A DNA stretch of 54,439 nucleotides, counting the filler, from Piptocephalis cylindrospora (Eukaryota): NCBI GenBank assembly GCA_003614145.1. It is 2 parts of 2 records of this genome, joined end to end, with 100 filler letters (N's around TTAATTAATTAA, not from the genome) between each part and the next. Parts side by side here need not be neighbours in the genome. Positions count along the whole stretch, not along the records: positions 1 to 27,297 come from KZ987770.1; positions 27,398 to 54,439 come from KZ987771.1. One strand, written 5' to 3'. Made by a program: the position numbers and the translations under genes. Shown piece after piece: positions 23,261 through 36,090 of this stretch (within the stretch, counting starts at the first letter, position 1; every line of letters starts with the position of its first letter). A model generated the notes under the pieces. The model was given only the letters and a program-made list of their open reading frames with translations, searched no databases and was not told where the DNA came from.

Positions 23261-26200
23261 GGGCGATCAGCGGCGAAATAACGATGAGCTCACGCACCGG
23301 CGATATCGGCACGTTTAAGGACAAGATGAGCGCGCGCGCGCGTCAAAGAGGCGTAGTAGCTCCGGAGTTTATGAAGAGGGGGGCCTCGGAGAGGGGATGG
23401 AAGGGATGGAGAGGAGGGAGAGCGTGGCCACGCACAAGGCAGCAAGAACCACACACACACACCTCACTCGCTTCGTGCACACACACACACTGACACACAC
23501 ACTCTAGGGCAGAGAACACTGGGACAAGGGGGGTTCACAAGCCAAGGTGAGAGGGGAGAGGGGACGGAGAAGTTGAGCGGGGTGATAAAGATGGCGAGGA
23601 CAAGGTGGTGGGGATGTTCAAAGAGATCCTGGGCTGGTAGGAAGATCTATCGGATTTTAAATCAAAAACCAACTCCGACTGGAGTAGATTGAACCAAAAA
23701 GACTTGGTTCTGGGGCGATCCTATCTAGGGAGACCAGGAGGACCTGTGTGTGATCAATGGGAGATGGGATATAAAGGGGTCAGATGAGCATGGAAACGTC
23801 AGAGAAGGACAATGAGGAAGGGAGACCAATAATAGGGGCAAGATGAGAAAGAGGCCATGTGGTGCCTCGTTCGACTCAGACGGGCCTCCTACATCGACTC
23901 AACCGATAAAGCTATTGTTACATTGAGAGCCATTCCACTTACCGTGGGGAGAAAATGGATGGGATGGGGTGTGCTTGTCCTTTCGGGGTATTTGTGGTAG
24001 GTGGGACGACGGGGCTGACCCACTGCTACTTTATCGGAGGGGGTGAGGGAGTGCTGGCACAATCGGCGTGAAACCGCCTGGAGAATCAAGGTTTGAGGTT
24101 GAACAAGAAGAGGATTGAATGAGAGAAGCAAGTAGGGGGACGAGGGGAGGGATGAGAGGCTGAGGGAGAGGGTGAAGAGTGTGCTATTGTATCTGGTTGG
24201 AAAATATGAGGGGAGAAGGATGTAGGAGAGTGAGAAGGGAAAAAAGGATGGAGAAAAAGACGAGGACGGATAAAAGGAGGGTTGAAGCAGGATGGAAAGC
24301 ACTTGATGTAAAAGTGACAGGATGAAGAGGCTCAAGCTGGATAATTTTATACCTACAATGCCATGTCACTCTTTTCACATTACATATGTCAATGTGATGG
24401 GAGGTTCTATCCCATTCCATCTAGTAGGAAGGATGCAAATAGGAATCCTAATGACCTGAACATCCCCAAGAGCGACTAAGGCAGAGACAGATGCAGTATC
24501 AGGGGGAAGACATGGTATGCACAAGGCCTTATGAGAAGTTTTGAACTTGGAACATCTTTAGAGCATTCTTTGAAAGACTGCATGATTCCTACAGTTCATG
24601 TTGGGAAATAAAGATACGGTATGGGTCATGGTGTTTAAGGGGATACAGGTGGTATTGAGGGAGGAACAGGGATCCACCGGAAACTCCAGAGCATGATTCT
24701 CTACCCTCCGTACAATGACATGATGGTAAGAGCAGGGCAATCGGCGAAGTCAGGTCACTTCACTTAGGGGGTACCTCCCAGTGCGCTCGTGTTGGAAGGC
24801 ATGTAGTGGCCCCTTGCTGCACAACCTATGCTCTAAGGGATATAGGAGCTTGCGTCGAGATACTGATACACCGGGGATACATCGATCTGTATTAAATTTT
24901 CTCATCAAGATTGCGAGGCAGTTTGGGCTTTCCTGATTTCCAATTCATGTTTGAAGTGGACATCTCGCAATCTGAGATGGCGTGGTGTTGACAGGATAAA
25001 GGGCAGAGGATCTTGGAGGATTATGTGAGTAAGCGCACGAGCCGACATGGACATGGATTTTTCCATGGGTAGGCTGACGAGGGAAAAAGGAGGGCTCTCC
25101 CGAGGAACCTCCTCTTCAAGGGGTCATGGGTGAGTCAGGAGTGCGGCTTGGGCCCTGAATGACGGATGGTGTGCATGTCGTTGAAAAGGCCTAATCAAGC
25201 CCCTTGCCCTTTGATTCCTTCCTAGACATCCCGTCATTGTATCCCATTTCCATTCTCAGGATAGATAGTCCTTGCGTATTGCTTGGATGCTTTTTGTAAG
25301 CACACACCACATTTTATGGGAAAGAGGGAAAGAGGAAAAGATCCACCCTGTTCTATCTATCTCTTAATGGGCAGTAGTAGCTCAGCTCTTTCTTCTCCCT
25401 TCCTCAAGGTCGTCGACTGGAGAAGGTGAGGTGGAGCAATGGGTGTCTTTTCATCCAGTGTTCCCTCTCTCTTTTTCTATGCACATACTTTTAATCTTTC
25501 ATGCCTTCTTCCATGACCATGGACCTGGAAGGAGAATTGTTTTTTTAATACAACCACTGACTTGGACCCTCTTCCCCCCCTGGCAACCTAGAGCCCAGAT
25601 CATCCTGGTTGCAGCAGTACTTGTCACAATGCGACCTGTTTTTACATATACCATGGCGGGTGCTTTTACTTGGTATTCCATGGGCTATCCCTTGCTTCAT
25701 CATCCCCCCCCTTTCAACCTCCCTTGCATATCTCACAGTATTGGCATCATTATCGTCCTTGGGATTCTTGATAGGAAGGCACTTCCTTTCACATTTACAC
25801 ACAGCAAGGCAGAGCAGGGGAAAATAGGGCTCAACATTCAAAAGGGGTATAGGGATGTGAGAGGAGGGGGCACATGTCCACACATCCTTTTCTCTTCCCT
25901 GAGCCTTGTCTTCCATGCATGGCACGCCATACTATGAAACCTCCACTACAATCTGCGAGGTCTGTCCGTCTAGTCAACCCGAGAGGATTTCCCCTTCCTC
26001 GCCCCGTCTCACCCCCATGCTGCCCTCCTCTCACAATGTCCACAACGACCATGATTCCCGCCGGTGTGCACTATGCGTATCGTTATACAATCAGTATGAG
26101 TGGCCAGGTCCCACACTGTCTTCATTCCCCCACCCCTCCCCCCCTCCGCTTTCTATCTAGGTCAAGCATATCTATAAAAACTCTTGCATCTCGTCTTCCC

Positions 26201-26894
26201 TCATCATCCATGTATTTGACCTGTCAAGGATTTAAAGAGGGGGGAGGCAGGGAGGCAGGGAAGGCGTACGAGTTTGCGTGCCGCGTTTGGAGGCTACCCA
26301 TAGCTTAATGAGTTTCCACGAAGCTTTACAGTCTTCTGCTTCCCCTTCCCACAATAGCATTAGCCCCCTCCCACACACACATACAGATATATACACATGC
26401 TCACTACCTGCCTGACTGACTAACTAGCTTGTCTGAAAGCCATAGGAAACTTCCCTATTAAAACACGGCAGCCTTATACTGAGAGACCTGACACCCCCAC
26501 TCACACATCCATGAGAGAAGATGGTATACCCTGGATATTATTATACCACGGATACACCTCTGTCCGTTCGCATACTGAGAGAGGAAATGATCCCACATAC
26601 TTCAAGCCTCAGCCTTCCCCCCCGCTCCCCCCCACACATTCATCTACAACACTACCTTTCTCACCTTATCCCATCCCCCGACACCGTATCTTCCTTCTTT
26701 CCTTATCCTCCTCCTCTCCTTATCCTCCTCTCCCCCCTCCCAAACTCATAGTTCAACACACTTGATACCATTGCTCCTCCTTTCTCCCCCTCCCTCTCCC
26801 TCCCTCTTCTCCACGGGTTACTTTGCACATCTTCCTCTAACCCCTTGTCTTGAGACAAGCGCGAACCCATCCCTCTCCTCTCTACCATCCCATC

Positions 26895-27297
26895 ATGGTC
26901 CGCGCAGACGGCCAATTGGCCATGGGCACCGCCAGTGGAGGGAGGAACCTGACGCACTGCCGCGCTCTCTATGACTTTTCCTCCCCCGATGAATCCGCCC
27001 TAAACTTCCATACCGGAGATATTATCGAAGTATTTACCCAACTGCCCTCGGGCTGGTGGGATGGCATGGTCGGGGATCAACGGGGCTGGTTTCCCAGTAA
27101 CTATGTCGAGGCCATCGACGTCCAGCACTCCTCCTCCTCCTCCTCCTCCTCCACCCACACCGTTGACCAGGACGACCTTGCCAGAATCCCCGCCCACATC
27201 TCCTCTCCTCCCTCCTCCTCCCCCTCTCCTTCTTCCTCAGATCCCGCTGCGTGGATTGAGCAATTGACCCCCGATGGTCGAATCTTTTATTATCAAG
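26895..27297 (+). CDS. 5' part of an SH3 + WW domain protein (probably a second Cdc25-type RasGEF), truncated by the contig end
   Basis: Canonical SH3 CRALYDFSSPDESALNFHTGDIIEVFTQLPSGWWDGMVGDQRGWFPSNYVE, then the start of a WW domain, AAWIEQLTPDGRIFYYQ, running into Ns. The RasGEF identity is inferred from domain order. Confidence 0.8.
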
Positions 27298-27397
27298 NNN
27301 NNNNNNNNNNNNNNNNNNNNNNNNNNNNNNNNNNNNNNNNNTTAATTAATTAANNNNNNNNNNNNNNNNNNNNNNNNNNNNNNNNNNNNNNNNNNNN
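27298..27397. other. Artificial contig spacer N44-TTAATTAATTAA-N44
   Basis: 100-bp symmetric N block with a six-frame stop linker at 27342-27353. Confidence 0.95.
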
Positions 27398-27741
27398 CGT
27401 TGACTGTGAAAATACCTTTTCGGTAGTTGTTCAGGGCTGGCATTTGGGGGTTTGTAGCTCGCTGGCCCGGATGGATCATCCTTTCTGATCTTTCATACTT
27501 TACCAAGGCCGAAATGGGCCGGAATTTATTTTGCCCTTATGCTCTGAAAGTACTTCCCGGGGGCATCTAGGGAGGTCCCATTGTGGGCTTAGGCATTCAC
27601 AAGTCTGGGTGATTCTTTATTTCTTTCCATTCCTCATCAGTCTACACTTTTCCCATACTGAGGGGTTCAAAATATTCAAAGTGGTCCGTTGACTGTGAAA
27701 ATACCTTTTCGGTAGTTGTTCAGGGCTGGCATTTGGGGGTT
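27398..27741. repeat. 55-bp exact direct repeat (27398-27452 and 27687-27741)
   Basis: CGTTGACTGTGAAAATACCTTTTCGGTAGTTGTTCAGGGCTGGCATTTGGGGGTT occurs twice, 289 bp apart. Confidence 0.9.
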
Positions 27742-27759
27742 AAGCTGAAGTCTGCCAAT

Positions 27760-28860
27760 TAGGGTCGGTGAGTAATTTCATGGTTGTCTCCAGTAGCGTA
27801 ATTGGCCGACGTTTGCTCAACTCCCCCTTCCATTACTCAACGTTGAACTACATACCCCGTCTTCCACACTTTCGGGGCGCTTCCGTCTCCGATGATTGCC
27901 TTGAGAAGCCCCCTCAGGATCCCCCTCACCTTTGGGCCATAGTGCCTTATCATATCCACTTCCAGCCCCGATGAGCCAGGCGCCTTTCTCTTCGCCTATA
28001 TCGTCTATCTCCCCGTAGTAGTAGGAAATTTCTTCCTCTACCCCTTCACCCCCCCTCTGCCTCCCGCTATGTTCATTTCGGCCCAAGTTTCACTATATTT
28101 CGATACTTTTCCATTGCTCCATAGAAGTCTCATTAATCCTCAGTCGGCCAAGGCCCTTTGTATCCCGGTATACCTCTCCAATCCCTACATTTTCTAGCAT
28201 TGCCTCCTCTATTAGCATGAGATGGTCCGACCCGAATACTTCATTTTTCACCTTGATCACGCCCCCTTTCCACGAGTCTCTGTATAAAGGGCTATAGGGC
28301 TAGGCATCCACACGTATTCTAGTCGCCACCTTGGGATGTCCGCAGGCCATGTGGTCAGCATTCTTTGCCATACCTTTTCCCTCCATGGATCCACCATATT
28401 TATCTATCTAAGTGTGTTAGCGTCTTCAACACCTCATTTCTCCTTGCCCCATCCTCCCTGCGGCGGTCATCCCATTTGCTGGAGGCCTCATTAAAGCCGC
28501 CCCCCACTATCACCTTGCTCCCGTTCCTTTCACACTCTCTCAACCATTTTACTACCACTCCTTGTGCTGCCGCATTCCTCCTTCGGTTACTGGGTCCGGG
28601 TGGGAAATAAACATTGATTATTGTTAGCTTTTCTCGCTTGAATTCAAATGTCGCCTTCATGGCAACTCCCTCGTATCCCACTCAGTCTTGGAGGTGGGGT
28701 ACCATCCTTAGATGGTTGATCATCCCTACCCTAAGGTGCCTTCTCCCGTCATCCGCCGCACTAAGCCGCACCCTTACTTTCTTTCACCTTGCCTGCATGC
28801 CATCCTCCCCCGCTTTTCCTCTTCCTTCGTCATACATGTCTCCTGCAGTAAAATAAAATG
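27760..28860 (-). mobile_element. Degenerate LINE ORF2 relic: APE endonuclease and start of reverse transcriptase
   Basis: Endonuclease motifs LTIINVYFP, VIVGGGFNE (GDFN with D mutated) and VFGSDHLML. RT-proximal motifs KAPGSSGLEVDMIRH, PKVWKTGYVV and WKGELSKRRPITLLETTMKLLT. Motifs lie in different frames with stops between them. Confidence 0.8.
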
Positions 28861-29458
28861 AAAATTTAGTAGATTTAAGAGGGATATTAATACTGATTGC
28901 TTGTGGGGCCATTATGCCCCATACCATTGCTAATTAAGTATCTCTTTACTTCTAATCTTTCATTCAAGCACATTTCATCACTGGTATTAGTATTATCACG
29001 CCTAGGAAGTAACTAGGTCACATGTATGAATATGACAAGCAGAGTGTTTATAAGGAAGCCTAGAAACAAGGAATGGGAGATGGGTTGTGTAGCTGAATCA
29101 TCAGACTGACAGATCAAAGGGCCTGCCTATCTGGAAGGTATTCCTGCTCATCGTTATGATGACACCTTGAATGGACTTTCTCAATGCATTTGAAGATTGC
29201 CACTTTACCTTAGAAGGTCACCCCTTACTTGGACATTCCTCCTCTACAATCAGGCGTTTAACAATGTAGATGGATAGATAGAGATAAATGAACACCCTTT
29301 GCTCTTCCGTTTTCTTTATATCGTTTCCTAGAGACGACATAGGTATGCGCAACCTCTAAATCTGTTAGATGGGATCATGTTTCTTTTCCAGTAGCATACG
29401 CTTTATTCATCGCTTCATTACATATATAGACATAAACACGTCGTCCTCTGAGACATCA

Positions 29459-29800
29459 TTATGAGGTGGTGGATGGACGAGAGATGGAATAGGCCTCATA
29501 GGCTTCCTTGGTGAAGAAGGGAGGGGGATAGGAAGAGGAGGGCTTGGAGGAGTCTTGATGAGAGTTACTGGCACGTCCCTCATCCGCAACATCACCCGTC
29601 CCTAGGAAGCCTTTCCCGTTGATCAGGGACTCCCCTGTTAGCCGACGTATCCTGTGGGAGGGAAGCGTGGGGGAAATCTCCTCCAGAAGTAAATCTTCCG
29701 CTGAGGAAGGGTAGTCTTTAGAGAGATCCTTGACGTTTTGGGAGAGTTTGGACACCTTTCCCTTGGCTCCCTTTTCCTTTGACCGAGTGGCTCGAGGCAT
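29459..29800 (-). CDS. Possible small hypothetical protein (MPRATRSKEKGAK...)
   Basis: ATG after a CT-rich leader and a hydrophilic ~113-aa ORF; no recognisable motif. Confidence 0.3.
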   Translation of the reverse strand: MPRATRSKEKGAKGKVSKLSQNVKDLSKDYPSSAEDLLLEEISPTLPSHRIRRLTGESLINGKGFLGTGDVADEGRASNSHQDSSKPSSSYPPPFFTKEAYEAYSISRPSTTS

Positions 29801-31276
29801 ACGTGGGTGGTAAGAACGAGATGGGAAAGAGGACGATGGAGAAAGAGGAAAGGATGAAATAATGATGAGCTCACAACAAACCATTAAAACTCCGTAAATC
29901 TGGCTGTGGTGTAAAGTTGACTAAGTACTGAGTAGTAACGAGGAAAAATCCCTATGGAGGCCTTTCGTAGATGGGCACATGCATTTTCGTTGCTTTCCAA
30001 TTGATAAGCAGTACCACTTTATTTACTACTTTGCGTATAACTGGATACATCCAGCATCTTTATCCCACACATGGCACAAATCCCTAGAGGTGGATGGAGA
30101 GATGGGAGGGTCAGTAAGATAAGTAGGAAAGGGCATGCTCCCTCACCATCCATCGTCTTACCCTTCTTATATGCACAAGCTAAACGCGTCAGATGGGCCG
30201 GAAGGGATGCATAACATGGCGGCGATGGTGTGGTGTTGGTGTTAGCGTTGGATAATTTCAAGATATGAGCAAACCCTCTCTTGGTTCACCTTGACAGTAA
30301 TGGGCGCCCTGTTGATGAAGACTGCCTTTGCATAGGCGACATCTTCTCCCATACGGCGTCATTCCACTAGCGAGTTCAAGGGCGTAAAGAAAATGAGGTA
30401 AATATTGTGTTCTTCAAGAGGAACAAGCCAGCAGGAATCATCCTACCATTAACACTCACTCTTTCTTTTTGCCACTTGGAAGCTTACTCTCGTTGCCCTT
30501 GCGATCCTTTCCAACTGATAAAATGCGAGAGAAAGATAGAGAGGGTGCGCGTTGTAAGTCGACAACACGGCCCCATACTGTCTGATTCTTATTATTTATC
30601 AAAGGTAGCACTTACCTTTGGCATTCCGCGATCCCTCCTTCCACTTGTCGGGGCAAGCCAGGTTGGACAGCTTTTTCTCACCTAGCCCAGATAGCCAACT
30701 GGATATGAGATCAACCGTCTCGGCCCAGATCAAGACTTTCTAAACTTACACTTTGAACAGACCATCTTGTAAGGATGAGCAGAGAGAGGAGGATGGAGTA
30801 CACTGGCCCAGCAAGCACTTCAACTACACCCTTCTTACTGCTTCCTTCTCTAGTATGCTACCCTCACAGACACGAGGAGTCTACATAAAGCACAAGTTTG
30901 ACCCACAGCAATGAAACCAAGGCTTAGACTCAGGTCACTTACGACCAGGCTACTCAGACGGTCCCATTGTCCACAACCCTCTTGCACCACTATCTGGTCA
31001 AAGTGAAGGGTGGAAAGGAGATGTGCGTCGCGTTGATCACCGAGTTGCCTGCAATAACAAATCGTGGAAGAATAACACGCTCTACCCTATGTAAGGCCCA
31101 AGGGCAACCTCATCGTGTCCTGAGACTAGCCCCTTCAGCCCGTTTCTCATCTCTACTTTTCTTTGCCTCTCTCCTTACTACCTTTCTTAGGTACTTGGGT
31201 TCCTTGGTTGCGCTTGTCCTCCATCTGGCCACTGCTTGTCCTTATCCCCCATTCCCCCTTGACTCTTGACCTCAGC

Positions 31277-34200
31277 ATGTCCTTTACCCCCAAGCCCATG
31301 CCTGCACTTTCTTCTGACCAGCCTCAAGTGCCCATCACACCTTCCGTTGAGCCACAAGGCCCTCAGGTAAGACCAAGGTTATCACGAGCCTCTCATTCAT
31401 CCTTTAGCTTGCTCATCCTTCCACTCATCTGTCCTGATCACGCAGGTGATTATGGAAGAAAACGAGGAAAACGAAAAACTAGAGGAGGATGCAGGGATTA
31501 CCGCATCCATGAAAGAGGCCGAACAGGAGGTGGTAGAAAAGGGAAAGACTGATTTTCGTGTTTTGAAACGCAAGGTAAGTGAGGCGTTCTCTTTTCCTCC
31601 CAGCCTCCCCTTCGACTCGGCGGTTCTCTCTCACGCCCTCCTTCCTCAACCCCATAAGGCTGAAGCTCAGTACGCTGCGCTCACCGAAGATACCCAAAGA
31701 CACCACCGTCTCCACTTTCTTCTCGAGAGGTCTGCCTTGTACTCACGCTTCCTCATGGAGAAACTCGAGGATCAGCAGAGACAGGCCAAGGAGAAGGAGG
31801 CCATGGCACAAGCAGCTGCCAAAAAGGAGGAAACTGAGACTCATACCAATAAAGATGAAGAGGACGAGACCACCACCCCCGAGCAGCCACGTCGATCTGC
31901 TCGCTCCTCTATGAAACGTGCTATTTCTCCAGACCCTTCAAAATCCCAAGGCGTTGGAGGAAAGGGGAAGCAAGCTAAACAAGAGGAGCAGGCAAAGAAG
32001 AAAAAGTCCAAAGACTCCACTTACTCTATCGCCCAATACCTTACCCCAGGAGCCATTGAAAAGGCCAAGGAAGCCCAGGTCAATGGGCCTGGTAAGGAGG
32101 AAAACCCCATTATGGAAGAATCGGTCCCATCCCTCACCAAGCCCGCTTCCCTTCGGCAGCCAACCCTAGTGACTGGAGGCATCATGAGGGAGTATCAGCT
32201 TGTCGGCATGGAATGGCTTATCTCCCTTTATGAGAACGGTTTAAATGGTATCCTCGCGGATGAGATGGGCCTGGGGAAGACCCTGCAGACCATTGCCTTC
32301 CTCGCCCATCTACGCGAAATGGGTGTTTGGGGCCCCTTTCTCATTGCGGCCCCTCTCTCCACCCTGGCCAACTGGGTTTGCGAGTTCCAACGCTTTGCTC
32401 CCTCCATCCCTGTCTGTCTTTATCATGGTAGCAAGGATGAGCGCCAGCATCTTCGGACTCGACGTATTGGTCGTAAGGCCCTTCAATCACCCGATGCCGC
32501 AGAAAAGTTTCCTGTTGTTATTACTTCTTATGAGATTGTCATGAATGACCGCAAGTACCTCCAGGTAAGGTTATTCCGAAAGGGCTAGTCATCAGCCCCC
32601 TTTTCATTGCCTCACCTCCTTCCCATAGCACATCAACTGGAAGTACATTGTCGTAGATGAGGGGCATAGGCTAAAGAACCTGAACTGTCGCCTGATCCGC
32701 GAGCTAAAATCCTACAACTCAGCCAATCGTCTCCTCCTTTCTGGGACCCCCTTGCAAAACAATCTTGCTGAGCTGTGGTCCTTGCTCAATTTCCTCCTCC
32801 CCGACATTTTTGATGATCTGGATAGCTTTCAGCAATGGTGCGTACTCACGGGGGATCGGGGTATAGTCATTATTTCCTCCACCTCTCTTATCGCCACCGT
32901 TCCGTCACCCTTCGTTCTAGGTTTGATTTCTCCGATATGAAAGAGGAGGAGGGAAGGAAGAGGCTCTTGGATGGGGATGCGGTCGTGTCCAAGCTACATC
33001 AGATTCTCAGACCCTTCCTTCTAAGGCGCATCAAGTCAGATGGTAAAGAAAGCTCTTGATAGTGGGGCGGAATGGCTCATCCTTGCTTTATTTTTCGCTC
33101 ACCTCTCATTCCTATTCTCCTCAGTGGAAACTTCTCTGCCAAAGAAGAGAGAATATGTTTTGTACGCACCAGTGACCCCAGAGCAAAGGGAATTGTATGA
33201 CGCGATTGTACGAAGGGATATTCGGGGTTGGCTGGCCAAGAAGAATGCTCCTCCTCCCATCTCCTCTGCATCCGGAGATGGCGAGGAAGGGAAAATGGAT
33301 CCTAGGTTCAAGGGCCTTCGCTTGCAAAATGTTTTTATGCAGCTCAGGAAGGCCTGCAACCATCCCTGGCTATTTGAGGTCGAGTTTCCAGAGGCGGAAA
33401 AGTCACTGGAGAAGGGAGCCCTACCCCAGGTTGTGGCTGTGTCAGGGAAGATGCGGCTATTGGACCAGCTGGTCCCGCGCCTCTTCCTTGCGGGGCACAA
33501 GATCCTCATATTCTCCCAGATGACCAAAGTCCTGGACCTCCTCGAGGTCTGGGCCCTCTCCCCTGGTCGCTCATGGCCTTATTGCCGCATCGATGGACTT
33601 ACCCCTCAGGACGAGCGCAGACGGATGATTCAGGCCTTTAACGCTCCCGATTCCCCTATTCCTCTCTTCCTCCTTTCCACTCGCAGCGGTGGCCTGGGTA
33701 TCAACCTTACCGCCGCTGATACCGTCATCCTCTTTGACTCGGATTGGAACCCCCAGGCTGACCTCCAGGCCCAGGATCGTGTTCACCGCATCGGTCAAAC
33801 TCGCCCCGTCATTATTTACCGTATCATCACTGGGGAGAGGACTGTGGAGGCTAGGGTTATTGAAAGGGCCCAGGAGAAGCGGAGATTGGAGAAGATGGTC
33901 ATTCATAAAGGCGCATTTCGGGAAAAGGGTCGGCCTTCAGTAGCTCTGGGAGGAGAAGGGGCTACTGGGAATTCTGGACCTTCCGTTAGCGGAATGTGGT
34001 CTCAGGCCTTACAGCAGGAGATGGAAGATATCCTTGCTGGCAAGGATGAATCCATTCACTCCATTCATCAGGAAAATCGTCTTAAGAGCAACAACATTCT
34101 GTCTGAGGACGATTTGGCCCGGATCATGGACCGATCGGAGGAAGCCTACGAGCGGGAGGCCATGCAGGCCAAGCAAGGTGGTGGTGGGGCTGTATTGTCC

Positions 34201-34287
34201 ATGGAGGATAGTGTGGATGAGAAGAACGACACTCTGACCGGCATTCATGACACTGAGAACCCTACCTCATCTCATGTCCCTTGCTAG
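31277..34287 (+). CDS. IRC5: SNF2-family ATPase of the LSH/HELLS/DDM1 (Irc5) subfamily. Exons approx. 31277-31366, 31446-31574, 31659-32564, 32629-32837, 32921-33042, 33125-34287
   Basis: N-terminal [16 protein letters not shown] (LSH-typical), [74 protein letters not shown] and [11 protein letters not shown]. Introns are frame-consistent GT-AG. Confidence 0.9.
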
Positions 34288-34505
34288 GGGAGAGGACGTG
34301 GGGGAGGAGGGAGGGAGGAAGATAAGGTTGGGGGGCGCAGCTGTAGAATCAGGCTCAACTGGTGAAAGGGTATAAAAAGGCGGGAAAAGAGATAAAAACC
34401 CCTAACATATTTTGCCATGTCAATTTGCACTGCACTTATATAGGATCACGATCCTTTCTTCATTCCCTAACAACAATACGCATTGAATGAATGGTCAAGG
34501 TATCA

Positions 34506-35976
34506 TTAGGATCGGTCCAACTCCTCAGGGAGATTAGCCCAATCTACCAAAGGAAGACCCTTAGACTCCAGGTAGTCGTTGGCCTTGGCAAAGTGTCCAC
34601 AATTAAAGAAGCCCCGGTGGGCCGAGAGAGGGGATGGATGTGGCCCTTGGAGGATAAGGTGCTTTTTCTACAAGTGTTCATAAACACCCGGACCGGTAGA
34701 AAGGAGGGATGATTGAGGGGTTTAGAAAGATAATGCCAGGTCGTAGTAAGACCATTCCTCTCACTTACCTTATCAATACCGCGACCTTTCTTTTGGGCAT
34801 GCGCTCCCCAAAGGATAAACACCACATTTCTCTTGCGCTTATTCACCGTTTCTATCACCGCATCTACTCATGGAGGGGAGGCAGGATCAAGAATGGGTGA
34901 GTGGGCGGACGGAAATGAGGAGTCGAACCATTGACCTTACCAGTCAAGTTTTCCCATCCTTGTCCGGCATGGGAGGCCGCTTGATGAGCCCTGACCGTCA
35001 GGGTCGTATTCAACATCAAGACCCCCTGGGAAGCCCATCCACCCAGATATCTAAGAATGTGATCACGGTATAAGGAGTCTGGAGGACGACAGAGGGAAAG
35101 TAATCACGTTTTAACCCATTCACTGACCCATGCTTTGGGGGGGAAAAGGAAGGGTCCTCCAAGGTAAGTTCCTTGTACATGTTCACCAAGGACGGGGGAG
35201 GAGGTATTCCCTTGCGAACGCTAAAGCACAATCCTATCCCAAGATCATCATATAAGCCTGTATCAGTGACATGAAGGCCAAAAGTCATGACTCTGGTCGA
35301 TCTCTGAGCTTACCATGCGCTTGGTTATGGTTATGGTAGGGATCTACTCACCCATCCAGCGCATACACAGGGAGATTGAATGTGAGTTGCACAGTGGTAA
35401 AGCGATTGACATTGAGAGGTGGGCCATTCACTCTTCACATACCTTGCCCTAGGATGACCACACGAACCTCATCAAAGTGCGTGAATCTTGACCAGCTATA
35501 TACATCCACAAGTGGTGGAAATATCTTTTGTTGGCCTTGATACTCCTTAGTGAGAAAGGCCTTGAGCTAGGGAAAGGGGAGAGAGCATGAGCGCTATCAT
35601 GACAGATACTTGAGGCCTCCGGTCCCGTCTGCCTCTCCCAGCTTACCTTGGCAAAGTAAGGCTTTCGAAACTCTGCTGATAAAGCCCGATACCAGGTCGG
35701 ATGCATGGACCCAATCTCCAAATTTGACACTTTAAGATTCTCTGATACAGTAAAATCCTCTACGCGCAAGCGTTTGACGCGCTCGCCGTCATTTTCATTG
35801 TTCTCAGTCTTGGACTCGATGACAGCAGCGGTAGGCTCTTGGTTGTCTTGGCTGGACTTGCTGGGCTTTAAGGAGGAAGCGACAGCGTCCTTTTGAGCTA
35901 CATCTGAGGGTGCGCTTGAAGAGGTTTCTGCCTTACGCTTAACGGTAAAGAAGTTGGTAAGGGGCTGAGAAGACAT
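34506..35976 (-). CDS. UNG1: Uracil-DNA glycosylase (family 1), about 7 exons including a 30-nt exon at 35343-35314
   Basis: N-terminal PIP-box-like QPLTNFF. Spliced product gives [58 protein letters not shown] and a C-terminal HPSPLSA region. Confidence 0.93.
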
Positions 35977-36084
35977 GATGGAAAAGGGTAGAGAAAGGAG
36001 TGTTTCTCATGGGCGATAGGCGGAATTAGACTGAGTTCTAGTGAATATCTAAGGCAGTAGAGTACTCACATGTATCTACACCTG

Positions 36085-36090
36085 ACGCGT
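36085..36090. promoter_or_regulatory. MCB-like element (ACGCGT) about 110 bp upstream of the UNG start
   Basis: Exact ACGCGT hexamer in the promoter of an S-phase DNA repair gene. A single short motif could be chance. Confidence 0.35.

Noticed and set aside
24908..24973. 10-bp inverted repeat AGATTGCGAG / CTCGCAATCT
   Set aside because: Too short to distinguish from chance, with no target-site duplication or other copies seen.
25431..26308. Hydrophobic 140-170 aa ORFs between the two SH3 genes
   Set aside because: Overlapping ORFs on both strands, mostly with non-ATG starts and no motifs; likely intergenic.
27342..27353. TTAATTAATTAA palindrome
   Set aside because: Artificial linker, not a piggyBac TTAA site or a biological motif.
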